From contig JAGYKD010000001.1 in NCBI GenBank assembly GCA_018401695.1, forward strand, positions 348,016 through 412,015: a stretch of 64,000 bases of DNA, given 5' to 3'. Of this stretch, positions 11,711 to 22,400 are shown piece by piece. Source of the stretch: Flavobacteriales bacterium. GTDB taxonomy: Bacteria > Bacteroidota > Bacteroidia > CAIKAF01. The translations under genes and the position numbers were made by a program. Position 1 is the stretch's first letter. Every line of letters starts with the position of its first letter. The notes under the pieces are model-generated. The model saw nothing but the letters and a program-made list of their open reading frames with translations. It was not told the origin of the DNA and did no database searches.

Positions 11711-12064
11711 ATGCGATTCTTTCTTTTTCTTTTTGTCTCCTGTCTTTTGATTTTGCCACCGAAATTGCAAGCCCAAGAAAAAACACCTAAGGTGGACACC
11801 TTGCACATTGAAACATCGGCTGTTTGCGGCATGTGTAAAGATCGGCTGGAAAGCGAGCTTGGCTATGTAAAAGGAGTAAAGTCGGTAGCATTGGATTTAG
11901 GCACCAAGCGATTAACTATAGTATATCGAGCCCGTAAGGTGAGCGAAGAGGCCTTGCGGCAAAAAGTAGCAGATACAGGTTACCGTGCGGACCACCTTCC
12001 GGCCAATCCGGAAGCGTTTATGGCACTTCCCGCCTGTTGTCAGGCCGAAGGCTGCTCTCACTAA
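11711..12064 (+). CDS. Secreted heavy-metal-associated (HMA, MerP/CopZ-like) protein
   Basis: Signal peptide; SAVCGMCK metal-binding motif; C-terminal LPACC. Confidence 0.9.
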   Translation: MRFFLFLFVSCLLILPPKLQAQEKTPKVDTLHIETSAVCGMCKDRLESELGYVKGVKSVALDLGTKRLTIVYRARKVSEEALRQKVADTGYRADHLPANPEAFMALPACCQAEGCSH

Positions 12065-12100
12065 GGTGTTATTTTCCATTTTTCAGACCGGAGCCACCTG

Positions 12101-12256
12101 TTGGAAGACGGCGCAGGGATGGCGTGAAAAGCCCGCAAGCAGGCAAAGCTTAGGGCTACGGCAATGAGGAGGCGACCCTAGGAGCCCCCGGAATGCCTGA
12201 AGCCCTGCTTTGGCGGCAGAGGACTTGCAACAACAGCCCGGTTGCGCCCCCAAAAA
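12101..12256. repeat. Dispersed GC-rich hairpin element E3 (subfamily C frame with shared apical module)
   Basis: Minus strand TTTTTGGGGGCGC.ACCGGGCTGTTGTTGCAAGTCCTC...GCGGGCTTTTCACGCCATCCCTGCGCC; starts a few nt after the galE stop. Confidence 0.75.
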
Positions 12257-12260
12257 CAAT

Positions 12261-13283
12261 TCATCCTTTTCTTTCTGTGGCCAAGGTTTGCTCCCAGCGC
12301 CAGGCATCGCGCATGGCATCTTCCATGCTGTGTTTGGGTTTCCAACCTAGCGTGCTCATTATTTTGGCGGGGTCTGCCCAAATTTTTTCTACGTCGCCGG
12401 AGCGCCTGGGGGCAAAACGGTAGGGAAGCTTAACTCCGGTGGCGCGCTCAAAGGCACTTATGGCCTCTAATACGCTCATTCCCTTACCTGTACCCACATT
12501 AAACACAGATAAAGGCTCGGAGCTTTGGCTAAGGTATTCGAGGGCAGCCACGTGGGCATCGGCTAGGTCGCAGACATGGATGTAGTCGCGGATGCAGGTG
12601 CCATCGGGTGTATCGTAGTCGTTGCCAAAGACTTTGAGCTCTTGGCGAAGGCCAATGGCTGTTTGGGTTATAAAAGGCACCAGGTTGTTGGGGACACCTT
12701 TGGCCAATTCGCCGATTCGTCCCCCGGGTTGTGCTCCAATCGGGTTAAAGTAGCGCAAGAGGCACACTTTTAAACCATTATTGGCACCCACTGCATCTTT
12801 AAGCATTTGCTCCCCCATGCGTTTGGTCCATCCATAGGGCGACTCTGCCTCTTGCAGGGGAGCGAGTTCGTTTACCGGAAGCTGCTTGGGTGTACCGTAT
12901 ACCGTGCAGGAAGAGGAGAATACCAGGTTTGGGATTTGGTATTCCTGCATGGCACGCTGTACTTCGAGCAGGCTCACCAAGTTGTTGTGGTAATATTGAA
13001 GGGGCTGTGCTACGGATTCGCCCACGGCTTTGAGGGCGGCAAAGTGAATGATTCCATCGACCTTCCCCCATTGCTTCACCACGGCATCCAAGGCTCCCCA
13101 AGTGCTTACGTCGGTTTCAAAAACGGGGAAACTCGATTGGGCAAGCTCCATGACCCGCTGAGGAATAAAACGCTCTGCATTGGAGAAATTATCGACACAG
13201 GCGACCTCATGTCCCTGTTCGATAAGGGCGAGCAAGGTATGGGAACCGATAAATCCGGCACCTCCGGTAACTAAAATCCGCAT
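12261..13283 (-). CDS. galE: UDP-glucose 4-epimerase
   Basis: GGAGFIGSH, HFAALKAVGES, YGWTK, LRYFNPIGA, DGTCIRDYIHV. Confidence 0.96.
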   Translation of the reverse strand: MRILVTGGAGFIGSHTLLALIEQGHEVACVDNFSNAERFIPQRVMELAQSSFPVFETDVSTWGALDAVVKQWGKVDGIIHFAALKAVGESVAQPLQYYHNNLVSLLEVQRAMQEYQIPNLVFSSSCTVYGTPKQLPVNELAPLQEAESPYGWTKRMGEQMLKDAVGANNGLKVCLLRYFNPIGAQPGGRIGELAKGVPNNLVPFITQTAIGLRQELKVFGNDYDTPDGTCIRDYIHVCDLADAHVAALEYLSQSSEPLSVFNVGTGKGMSVLEAISAFERATGVKLPYRFAPRRSGDVEKIWADPAKIMSTLGWKPKHSMEDAMRDAWRWEQTLATERKG

Positions 13284-13342
13284 GGGCTTTTGATGCAAAG
13301 ATAAGCAGCTTGACTTAGGGTGCATTAAGGGCCTGTATAGCT

Positions 13343-14536
13343 TCAAGCGTCTTCGTGTAAAAACAAGTTGGGGCCTTTTCGTCCCATATCCACAGAGGAA
13401 GCACGCAGCACACTACCTTCTCCAAACCTTTGATTTACCGAATCCATGGCCTGTATGAGTCGAATCTTGGACTGGGTATCTTCGAACAAGTGGAGCTGAG
13501 GTGCGCCATAAATGAGGTCAGCAAAACGAATGCCAATAAGGCGCACGCGGAGTCGGCGGTCGTAGAGTCTAGAAAATAGAGCGGTGGTATGTGGGATGAG
13601 TTGATGATCGAATGCGCTGTAAGGAATTTTTTGCTGCATGCTGCGGGTATCGAAGTCGGCATAACGAATGCGCAGTCCGATGGATGCGGTGAGTCTTCGA
13701 CGCTTTCTTAGTCGAAAAGCCAGCTTTTCGGTAAGGGCTATGACCATACGTTTGAGCCAAAGCGGGTCGGTTTGGTCATGTTCAAAAGTGAGCTCGGTGC
13801 TGAGGGATTTTTGTTCGCGGTAGGGCATTACCGGACTAAGGTCTTGCGCATTGGCTTTTTCCCAAAGGCTACGTCCGTGATTTCCGAGCACTTGCGCTAG
13901 TAGGTCGGGAGAAGTCTCCTGCAAGGTAGCTATGCGAACCACGCCCAGTTGACGGAGCAGCTGCACGGTTTTGGGGCCAGCCATGGGCAAGCGTTCTACA
14001 GGAAGCGGTGCCAAAAAAGGGCGTTCGGCTCCCTGAGGCACCTGATGCTGCCCGTTGGGCTTGGCTTCTCCGGTGGCCACCTTAGATACCGTTTTGCAAT
14101 TGGCCAAGCCAAAGGAGAGAGGCAAATGGGTTTCGCTGATGATGCGCTGACGCAGTTCGGAGGCCCATCGGTAGCATCCGAAATAGCGATCCATGCCGGA
14201 GAGATCGGCATAAAACTCGTCAATAGAAGCCTTTTCAAAAGAAGGCACTTGGTCGGCAATAATGCCGGTAACTTCCTGAGAACATCGGGTATACAAGTCC
14301 ATATCTCCATGGAGCACCAAGGCCTCCGGGCAAAGACGTTTTGCCAAAGCCATAGGCATGGCAGAGCGAACGCCAAAGCGCCGAGCTTCGTAACTGCAGG
14401 AGGCTACTACGGCACGGCCGGATGAGCCTCCAATGATAATGGGTCGGTTGTTCAATCGAGCATCGCGGCGACGTTCGGCCGACACAAAAAAGGCATCTAA
14501 ATCCAGATGCAGGACGATGCGCTTGCTTTCTGCCAT
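13343..14536 (-). CDS. dinB: DNA polymerase IV (Y family)
   Basis: HLDLDAFF, CSYEARRFGV, SIDEFY. Confidence 0.95.
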   Translation of the reverse strand: MAESKRIVLHLDLDAFFVSAERRRDARLNNRPIIIGGSSGRAVVASCSYEARRFGVRSAMPMALAKRLCPEALVLHGDMDLYTRCSQEVTGIIADQVPSFEKASIDEFYADLSGMDRYFGCYRWASELRQRIISETHLPLSFGLANCKTVSKVATGEAKPNGQHQVPQGAERPFLAPLPVERLPMAGPKTVQLLRQLGVVRIATLQETSPDLLAQVLGNHGRSLWEKANAQDLSPVMPYREQKSLSTELTFEHDQTDPLWLKRMVIALTEKLAFRLRKRRRLTASIGLRIRYADFDTRSMQQKIPYSAFDHQLIPHTTALFSRLYDRRLRVRLIGIRFADLIYGAPQLHLFEDTQSKIRLIQAMDSVNQRFGEGSVLRASSVDMGRKGPNLFLHEDA

Positions 14537-14576
14537 TTTTTTCGTCTAGTTTTCGTCATTAATTTACGCATTTTTG

Positions 14577-14584
14577 TATATTTG
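14577..14584 (+). promoter_or_regulatory. TAnnTTTG promoter element for the LexA-like gene
   Basis: TATATTTG 19 nt upstream of ATG 14604. Confidence 0.55.
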
Positions 14585-14603
14585 AAAACAAATCACCGGA
14601 GAT

Positions 14604-15440
14604 ATGTCAAAAAAAATGGAGCATGGCGAAGGAATTGCGCATTTTTCGACCAACCTAAAATTTTTGCGCAAGCGCAAGGGTCGTTCTCAGGAGGATGTAG
14701 CTGGCTTGTTGGGCATTCGTCGCACCACCTACAGTGCATATGAGCTGGGCAAGTCGGAACCGAATTTAGAGACGCTGCTGAAGCTATCGGCTTGGTACCG
14801 CCTAAGCATAGACCATCTGTTGGCTACGGACCTGAGCAGCACCGGGGAATCTGTATTGTCGGAATGGGAACGCAGCTACGACACAGATTTAAAGGGTCGA
14901 CATTTGCGCATATTGGCTACTACCATAGGAGAAGACAATGAAGACAATATTGAGGTGGTTCCATTAAAGGCGCGTGCAGGTTATACGGCAGGGCACGCCG
15001 ACCCTGATTTCATTCGGGTTTTACCCACGTTTCGTTTGCCCTTTTTGAGTCGGGAAAAAAAATACCGCACCTTTCAAATTCAGGGAGATTCGATGCCGCC
15101 GGTGCCGGAAGGCGCTTGGGTAACGGGGGCTTTTGTGCAGGACTGGCATCAAATCAAAGATGGGCAACCATATTTGGTAGTGACCAAAGAGGAGGGCGTT
15201 GTGTTTAAATTACTGTACAATCGCATAAACAGTAATCAAAGTTTTTTACTGTGCTCTACCAACCCCCAATACAAGGCCTATGAGGTTGCAGTAAAAGATA
15301 TGTTGGAGGTTTGGGAATTTGTACATTTTATTAGCGGAAGCTTGGAGAAAGAAATCCCCCAAGAGGAGCAGGTGGCTCAGGCAGTTAGGGAACTGCAGCG
15401 TGAGGTGGCAAATTTAAAATCAAGATTTTCAGGGGCATAA
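14604..15440 (+). CDS. LexA/CI-like repressor (XRE HTH plus S24 peptidase domain)
   Basis: NLKFLRK..SQE..A..LGI.R..YSAYE.GKSEP HTH; Ala-Gly site KARAGY; GDSM serine and VFK lysine; divergent from dinB. Confidence 0.88.
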   Translation: MSKKMEHGEGIAHFSTNLKFLRKRKGRSQEDVAGLLGIRRTTYSAYELGKSEPNLETLLKLSAWYRLSIDHLLATDLSSTGESVLSEWERSYDTDLKGRHLRILATTIGEDNEDNIEVVPLKARAGYTAGHADPDFIRVLPTFRLPFLSREKKYRTFQIQGDSMPPVPEGAWVTGAFVQDWHQIKDGQPYLVVTKEEGVVFKLLYNRINSNQSFLLCSTNPQYKAYEVAVKDMLEVWEFVHFISGSLEKEIPQEEQVAQAVRELQREVANLKSRFSGA

Positions 15441-15643
15441 AGAAAAGGCCTCAACAAAAGTTGCACATTTAACATATAAGATTAGGAGGGTATTGGTTAA
15501 AAATTCCTAACTTTAACTTAATCTGAAACGAAGTTTTGGTTTTGTTTTCTCAGGGCAAAGAAATTGCTGTCCAATGGCAGCTATCCTTATTGAAGGGAAA
15601 ATCGGCTATATTTCAGACAAAACATACATATTTAACACATCTT

Positions 15644-18600
15644 ATGTTGCGTACACTTTACCCTAGACTAAAAGCATCGAATCGTTTACGCACCGGGGCA
15701 TTTCTCGGCATAATGGCGGTATCAGGTGCTGTTTCTGCGCAGTATTGCATTCCGACTACCGATTGCAGCATTGGCGACCAAATTTCGCTTATGCAATTGT
15801 CCAATATTACCAATCCATCGGGTTGCGGTGTAGGCGGATACCAGGATTTTACATCACAGACCATCAACTTAAATGCCAACCAAGCGTATACCATGAACCT
15901 AAGCTTTGGGTTTAGTGATCAAGCGGTTGGGGTGTATGCCGATTTTAACAACGATTTTGACTTTGACGATCCCGGCGAGTTTTTGGCTGGGTTTCCACCC
16001 AACGGCACGTCCAACTTAAGTGGGTCCATTACGGTTCCTTCCACCGTACCCTCCGGAACTTACCGTATGAGGGTTCGTTGTGAGTATTTTGGGGCATTTT
16101 CTGCGGGTGGGGCATGCCTAGGATCTACGTTTACTTATGGGGAAACGGAAGACTATACCATTAGCGTGTCCAACAACCCCTGTACCTCTCCACCAACAGC
16201 AGGCACTGCAAACGGTCCTTCCCTAGCCTGTGCCAATACCAATTTTACAGTCAATGTACAGGGAAATACCTCTGGAAATGGCCAAACCTACCAATGGCAA
16301 TCCTCTCCTAACGGTACCGCTTGGAACGATATCGTAGGCCAAACCTCCCTTAATTTGACCACCAGCTTGACTGCTGCTACCCATTACCGCTGTGTGGTTA
16401 CTTGTTCCGGGCAAAGCGATACCACCAACGGCCATTTTGTGGGTCTGACTCCCAGCAATATTTGTACTATCTGCCAAACCTCTACCGCAACCAGCTCAGC
16501 CTACGGGTATATCCAAAGCTTTAACTTTAATGGGGTTATTTTCAACAGCCAAATTGGATGCCAACAATACACCAACAATACAGGTACACCAATTAATATT
16601 ATTCGAGGCCAATCGGCGAACATAATTGTTAATGTGCAGGGTTGCTCCGGAGGCAATTTTGGTCATCAGACCAAAGTATTTGTTGACCTCAACGCCAATG
16701 GTCAATTTGACCTTCCAACCGAAGAGTTTTTATTGACCCCACCCAATCCAACCGGCTATGGGTTGTATACCGGCACCGTTAGTATTCCCACTACAGCGGT
16801 TGTAGGCCCTACCATGATGCGCGTGGTAACTGTTGAGACCACTAGCCCAGCTGCCGTTACTCCATGTGGTTCTTATACCTGGGGGGAAACCGAAGACTAT
16901 ATCCTTAATATTTTGCCTTTACCCGCCAACGATGCCGGTGTGGAAACCTTTATATCGCCTTCACAAGGAGCTTGCCAAATTAGCCCCGCCGTTATTGTCC
17001 GCGTTCAAAACTTGGGCACCACCACCCTGAACTCCGTGGATGTTTCCTTATCTATAAATGGGGGCCCGGCAGCAGTGACCAACTGGACAGGAGCCATAGG
17101 AGCAGGAGGAATAGGAAACGTAAACTTGGGGCAACATACCATAAACGACGGGGATGTGTTGAAAGTATGGACTTCCAACCCCAATGGAGTGCAAGACTCG
17201 GTTTCCTTTAACGATACATTGCAAACTACCATATATGCTGCCATGCAAGGTGCCTATACGGTGGGTGGAACCACCCCGGATTTTGCTACCGTAAGCGATG
17301 CCGCACAGGCCGTAATTTCAAGAGGAGCCTGTGCCGATGTATTCCTAAACATTCGCTCGGGAACCTATACAGAATCCATTGCATTGCTGCCCTACACCGG
17401 TGCCTCAAACTCAGCCAGGGTTCATTTTCAATCTGAAGCAGGACATCCGGATTCGGTGCGCATTGAATCTCCGGGAAGCAGCCTAAGCAATTATACCTTC
17501 TGGTTCAATGGTGGCGATTATTATGTGTTAGATCAAATTACTTTGGCACATACGGTTCCCAACTTTTCTATTCTTGCAGAATTCTCCGGAGAGGCAAGCT
17601 ATAATATCATCCGCAACTCCAAACTGTTGGGTGACTCTGCCGCCTTTTCCGATGACTTCAACCGCATAGCCATTCGCAGCACCACCGACAAAGACCAGTC
17701 CAATCAACTTTTAAACAACGAAATCATCGGAGGTAGCCGGGCCATAAGTGTAGGTGGACCTAGCGACACAGACCCTGAAATGGGTTGGACCATTAGAGGA
17801 AACCACCTGCGCGGCTTCTATTTCTTAGGTATTGGTTCTTTTTACCAAATCAATCCCATAATAGAAGGAAACACCATCGAGGCCACCAGCAGCAATACCA
17901 ACACCTTTCGCATGTATGTAAATACTGCCTATAACGGTGGAAGCGTTCGCTACAATAATATTTACGGAAACTCGGCCGGCTTTGGTATAAACATCGACAA
18001 TGTTAAAGGAACCCAAAACAGTCCTTTTGTTGTTGCCAGTAACTTTGTATTTATGGGCGACTCCTCTACAGCTACCAATAATTTTGGTTTGTACGTACAA
18101 AACGGAAGCAATTTGGTGCATGTGTTGCACAACAGCCTAAGCGTGCATGGAGCAACCGCCAATACCGCTGCCATTAACGTGCAAAATGGGCCAAACGTAG
18201 ACATCGTACTGCATAACAACAATGTAGCACACTATGGAGGGGGGCGTGCCTTAAGTATAGAGTCAGGATTTAGCGTGCTGCAATCAGATGCCAACAATTT
18301 CTATGCAGCCAACAACGATGCGGTGCGTTTTGCAGGAACAGGCTATGCCAATGCGGCCGCGCTCAACAGTGCAACAGGATTAGACGCCAATTCCATGACC
18401 GTTGACCCGATGTTCCTGACCGAAGACATGCATACGTGTATGGCTGATTTTGATAACAAAGGGATGGCCATGGGCGAAACTATGGATATTGATGGCGATA
18501 CACGCAACGCAAACACTCCGGATATTGGAGCCGATGAGTTTATTCGCGAAGAAACTTTTAGCCTTGGCCCGGACACAACCATTTGCCCAGGCAATACGGT

Positions 18601-19273
18601 AGTTTTAGGAAACGAAAATATTGTGGACGGTACTTGGTTATGGAACCCAACCTTTGATACCACCGCACATATTTCTGTAAGTGCTGCAGGGGAATACAAT
18701 GTAGTTGCCGTAACCTCTTGCGGAACAGCACAAGATACCCTTGAGATTTTCCATATACCGGCTCCAACTGCCAGCTTTGATACCACCGCTAGTTTCCTTA
18801 CTTATGTATTTACCAATACTAGTGGAAACACCGGCTTGAATGGCATTAGTTATCATTGGGATTTTGGAGACGGAGACACCTCTGTATTGGAAAATCCGGT
18901 GCATATTTACAATCAGGCCGGTAGCTACACGGTAACCCTTACAGTAACCAATGCCTGTGGTACAAGCACTACCGCAACCATGACCCTCGATGTTATGCTT
19001 ACCGGATTGGATGGACTTGACCAAAACAGTTGGAATGTCTATCCTAACCCCACGGAAGGACAAACACGCGTGGACGGCTACTCAGAATTACCCGCAAACC
19101 TTCAATTGAAGCTTACCGATTTATCCGGAAGAGTAGTTTGGGAAGCCAATGTTGGCCAGGTTAAGGGAGCCTTTAGCTACGCACTTAATGTTTCTGACCT
19201 GGCTGTAGGTAGCTATATTTTGCACATGCATTTAGGTGAGAAATTGGGCGCCAAAAAACTAATCAAACAATAA
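15644..19273 (+). CDS. Large T9SS cargo surface protein (2 GEVED domains, Ig-like, beta-helix, PKD, type A CTD)
   Basis: YGETEDY and WGETEDY, PDIGADEF, YHWDFGDG..NPVHIY, VYPNP...KKLIKQ. Confidence 0.88.
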   Translation: MLRTLYPRLKASNRLRTGAFLGIMAVSGAVSAQYCIPTTDCSIGDQISLMQLSNITNPSGCGVGGYQDFTSQTINLNANQAYTMNLSFGFSDQAVGVYADFNNDFDFDDPGEFLAGFPPNGTSNLSGSITVPSTVPSGTYRMRVRCEYFGAFSAGGACLGSTFTYGETEDYTISVSNNPCTSPPTAGTANGPSLACANTNFTVNVQGNTSGNGQTYQWQSSPNGTAWNDIVGQTSLNLTTSLTAATHYRCVVTCSGQSDTTNGHFVGLTPSNICTICQTSTATSSAYGYIQSFNFNGVIFNSQIGCQQYTNNTGTPINIIRGQSANIIVNVQGCSGGNFGHQTKVFVDLNANGQFDLPTEEFLLTPPNPTGYGLYTGTVSIPTTAVVGPTMMRVVTVETTSPAAVTPCGSYTWGETEDYILNILPLPANDAGVETFISPSQGACQISPAVIVRVQNLGTTTLNSVDVSLSINGGPAAVTNWTGAIGAGGIGNVNLGQHTINDGDVLKVWTSNPNGVQDSVSFNDTLQTTIYAAMQGAYTVGGTTPDFATVSDAAQAVISRGACADVFLNIRSGTYTESIALLPYTGASNSARVHFQSEAGHPDSVRIESPGSSLSNYTFWFNGGDYYVLDQITLAHTVPNFSILAEFSGEASYNIIRNSKLLGDSAAFSDDFNRIAIRSTTDKDQSNQLLNNEIIGGSRAISVGGPSDTDPEMGWTIRGNHLRGFYFLGIGSFYQINPIIEGNTIEATSSNTNTFRMYVNTAYNGGSVRYNNIYGNSAGFGINIDNVKGTQNSPFVVASNFVFMGDSSTATNNFGLYVQNGSNLVHVLHNSLSVHGATANTAAINVQNGPNVDIVLHNNNVAHYGGGRALSIESGFSVLQSDANNFYAANNDAVRFAGTGYANAAALNSATGLDANSMTVDPMFLTEDMHTCMADFDNKGMAMGETMDIDGDTRNANTPDIGADEFIREETFSLGPDTTICPGNTVVLGNENIVDGTWLWNPTFDTTAHISVSAAGEYNVVAVTSCGTAQDTLEIFHIPAPTASFDTTASFLTYVFTNTSGNTGLNGISYHWDFGDGDTSVLENPVHIYNQAGSYTVTLTVTNACGTSTTATMTLDVMLTGLDGLDQNSWNVYPNPTEGQTRVDGYSELPANLQLKLTDLSGRVVWEANVGQVKGAFSYALNVSDLAVGSYILHMHLGEKLGAKKLIKQ

Positions 19274-19294
19274 CAATTACAAACCGTAGAGGAG

Positions 19295-19320
19295 AAGGGG
19301 GCCAGTGGCCCCCTTTTTTT
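19295..19320 (+). terminator. Rho-independent terminator
   Basis: AAGGGGGCCAGTGGCCCCCTTTTTTT. Confidence 0.9.
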
Positions 19321-19460
19321 ATCCCATAAAAGCATATTGAAAATCCTTAAAGGCTACAAATTTTGTAGACAATTCCATTTTTGATAATTTTAGTAGCTAT
19401 TTGATAGCCTTAGCTTAACACTAAAAAAGCTGAGCAATACACCTAAACACTAGTTATACT

Positions 19461-22400
19461 ATGGTATTCAAACGTTACCCATGCAACCTCACTATGAAAG
19501 CAGTGTTGTTTGGCGCTTGTTTAATGGCAGGCCTGGAATCCAATGCCCAAACAACCATTCAAATTGGCAGCGGTGCTGTAAATATTGTGGGCACCGGACC
19601 TTCTCCTTTTGGAAGTGTGTACGAGGACGGGCGCAACCAATTTTTGATTCTAGGTTCAGAACTCAACACGGCAGGTATTACGCAAGGACAGTTGACGGAC
19701 TTAGCATTTGATGTGATTTCACCGCCCTCACCAACCTATACCAACTTTACGGTAACTATTGGTACTACTACCCTAGGAAACATTTCGCCCTTCATACCAC
19801 TTACCGGCGCACAAATATGCTATACAGGTGTATACAACCCAACTACGGGATGGAGCACCATCACCTTCCAAAACCCTTATCTATGGACAGGCAACGACAA
19901 CTTAGTCGTTGAGGTATGTTTTGACAATGGGTCCTGGAGCTCCACCGGATCTGTGGTAGGAACCACCACAGGCTTTACTTCCAATGCATATGAATTTGAT
20001 GACGGAGTAAACGGCTGCACCATGACAGGGGCTTTTGGGTCTTCAGGATTGGATCGCCCAAACATGCAAATGACTTGGAATACGAACATTTGTACAGCAC
20101 CTCCCACGGCCGGAACAGCTACAGGTCCTGCAAACGTTTGTTCCGGAGCCAATTTTAGTGTCGGCATTAACGGCGGTACTTCAGGAATTGGGCAAAGCTA
20201 TCAGTGGCAAGAATCTGCCAATAATTCCACCTGGAACGACATCACCGGGGCTATAAATGCCTCCTATAGCGGCTCGCAAACCCAAGCAAGTTATTACCGT
20301 TGTGTAGTAACCTGCACCGGACAAAACGATACCACCACTTCTCATTTTGTAGACCTTACCCCTTCGAATATTTGCAACCTTTGCGCCTCAGGTGCAAGCT
20401 TTGGTGGAGACACCTATTTGAACGGCTTAAGTTTAGGAAGCATCAATTTTGCAGATGCCACTTGCGCCAACTACACCAACAATACCAACCTCTCCACGGT
20501 GGTATTCCAAGGCGGCAACTACAGCGGTACCATAAACCATGGCGATTGCGATGGTGGATCAAGCTATGCAAGAGGGGTTTTGGCTTTTGCCGACTGGAAC
20601 CGCGATGGAGACTTTTCTGACCCAGGCGAACAATTGCTATCCGTAGATTTGCCGGGAACCTCACTGGCCGGTGAGCCATTAAACTTCACCGTTCCTCAAA
20701 ATGCTGTTCCCGGAACGACCGTATTGCGGATTATTGCCAGCGAAGATGGTACCAGTGGCACAAGTGCTTGCGGCAACTTTGGTTTTGGCGAAACCGAAGA
20801 CTACACCTTAATTATAGCTTCGCCTCCAGCCAATGATGCAGGGGTTACCGCCTTGGCCCAGCCAAGCATCCCTGCTTGTGCATTAAACGACACCATAATA
20901 ATTGACATTGAAAACCTTGGCACATTACCCCTTACTTCTGCCGATGTAAGTCTGCAAATTAATGGAGGCACACCCATAACTTCTACCTTTAGCGGAACCA
21001 TCGCCTCCGGGGCAACAGGTACACACCAAGCAGCCATTACTCCCCTCAACGACGGCGACGTAATTAAGGTTTGGACTTCCAATCCCAACGGGGTGGCCGA
21101 TTCTTTGGCCATGAACGATACCTTAGAATTAACCGTATACACTTCTTTGTCAGGCGTGTATACTATAAGTGGAACAAACCCCGATTACCCGGATTTGGAT
21201 TCCGCACTTACCGACCTTGCCTTGCGCGGCGTATGCGGCAACGTTACCTTTAACGTGCGCGCCGGAAGCTACAACAGCAACCACGTGTTGAACGACTTCC
21301 AAAAAAATGCGCCTACCGATCGGGTAATTATTCAGTCTGAGGATTTGGAAGCAGATTCAGTAGAATTCTTCTATGCCCCTTTGAGCGCCGCCGACAACTA
21401 CGTTTTCAAAATTCAAGGCGACAACTATACCGTACATGCCCTTAGCCTACGCACCGAAGGCACCAGCTTCAGCGTAGTTGTAGACGGAGTAGATGCCAAT
21501 GACCTTGAATTTACACACAACCAAGTAATTGCAGATACTACGGCTACCAATTTCAACTTTGCCCGTACCGCCCTTCGATTTAATGGTACCCGAGTAGGTG
21601 ATAACGTGCATATTGCACACAACCACATCGATGGAGGGTCTATTGGTATCGCTACCTTCCCCTCCTCCGCGCAAAACGTAACCACCGGAACCATCATTGA
21701 GCACAACACCATAGAACGCTACGGCAACTTTGGTATTGCGGCTATTTATGAAAACGGAGCTACTATTCGAAACAACATGCTCAGCACCCAAAGTACCATA
21801 CTTACCGTTGGCATTACCATGGAAATATCCGAAGGCAATGGCCTTATGGAAAACAACCATGTACACTTTGTAAACGATGGATACGGCTTGCAAATGACCG
21901 ATGTAGATGCAGGTATTGGCAACAATATGCGTATCATCAACAACTTTGTAACCGGTGGTGATGGAAACAGCAGCCCCGAAGCTCGAGGCATTAATATTTC
22001 CGGAACTTCCAATAACCTAGATGTTGTAAACAACTCCGTGCACATTATCAATGGAGTTGCTGCCAGCCGAGGTATTTATGCCGCAGATGACAATATTTTC
22101 CAATACCATATTGTAAACAACAACATTGCCATGGATGGCCCAGGCATTCCTTTGTATGTTGCCGATGGTGGCGGAGCCTTGCTCATCGATTACAACAACT
22201 TGTATCAAAGCGACTCTACCGAAGTGGCCGAATTTGGCAGCACTACCTACAGCAGCCTAGCCGATTTGCAAAATGCAGGACTTGGCCTGAACTCCGCGTT
22301 TGTTGATCCCGGATTTAATCTGAACGACTTGCACACCTGCGAGCCGGGACTAAATATGGCCGGACTTTCCTTGCCTTTTATTACCGCAGATTTTGACGGC

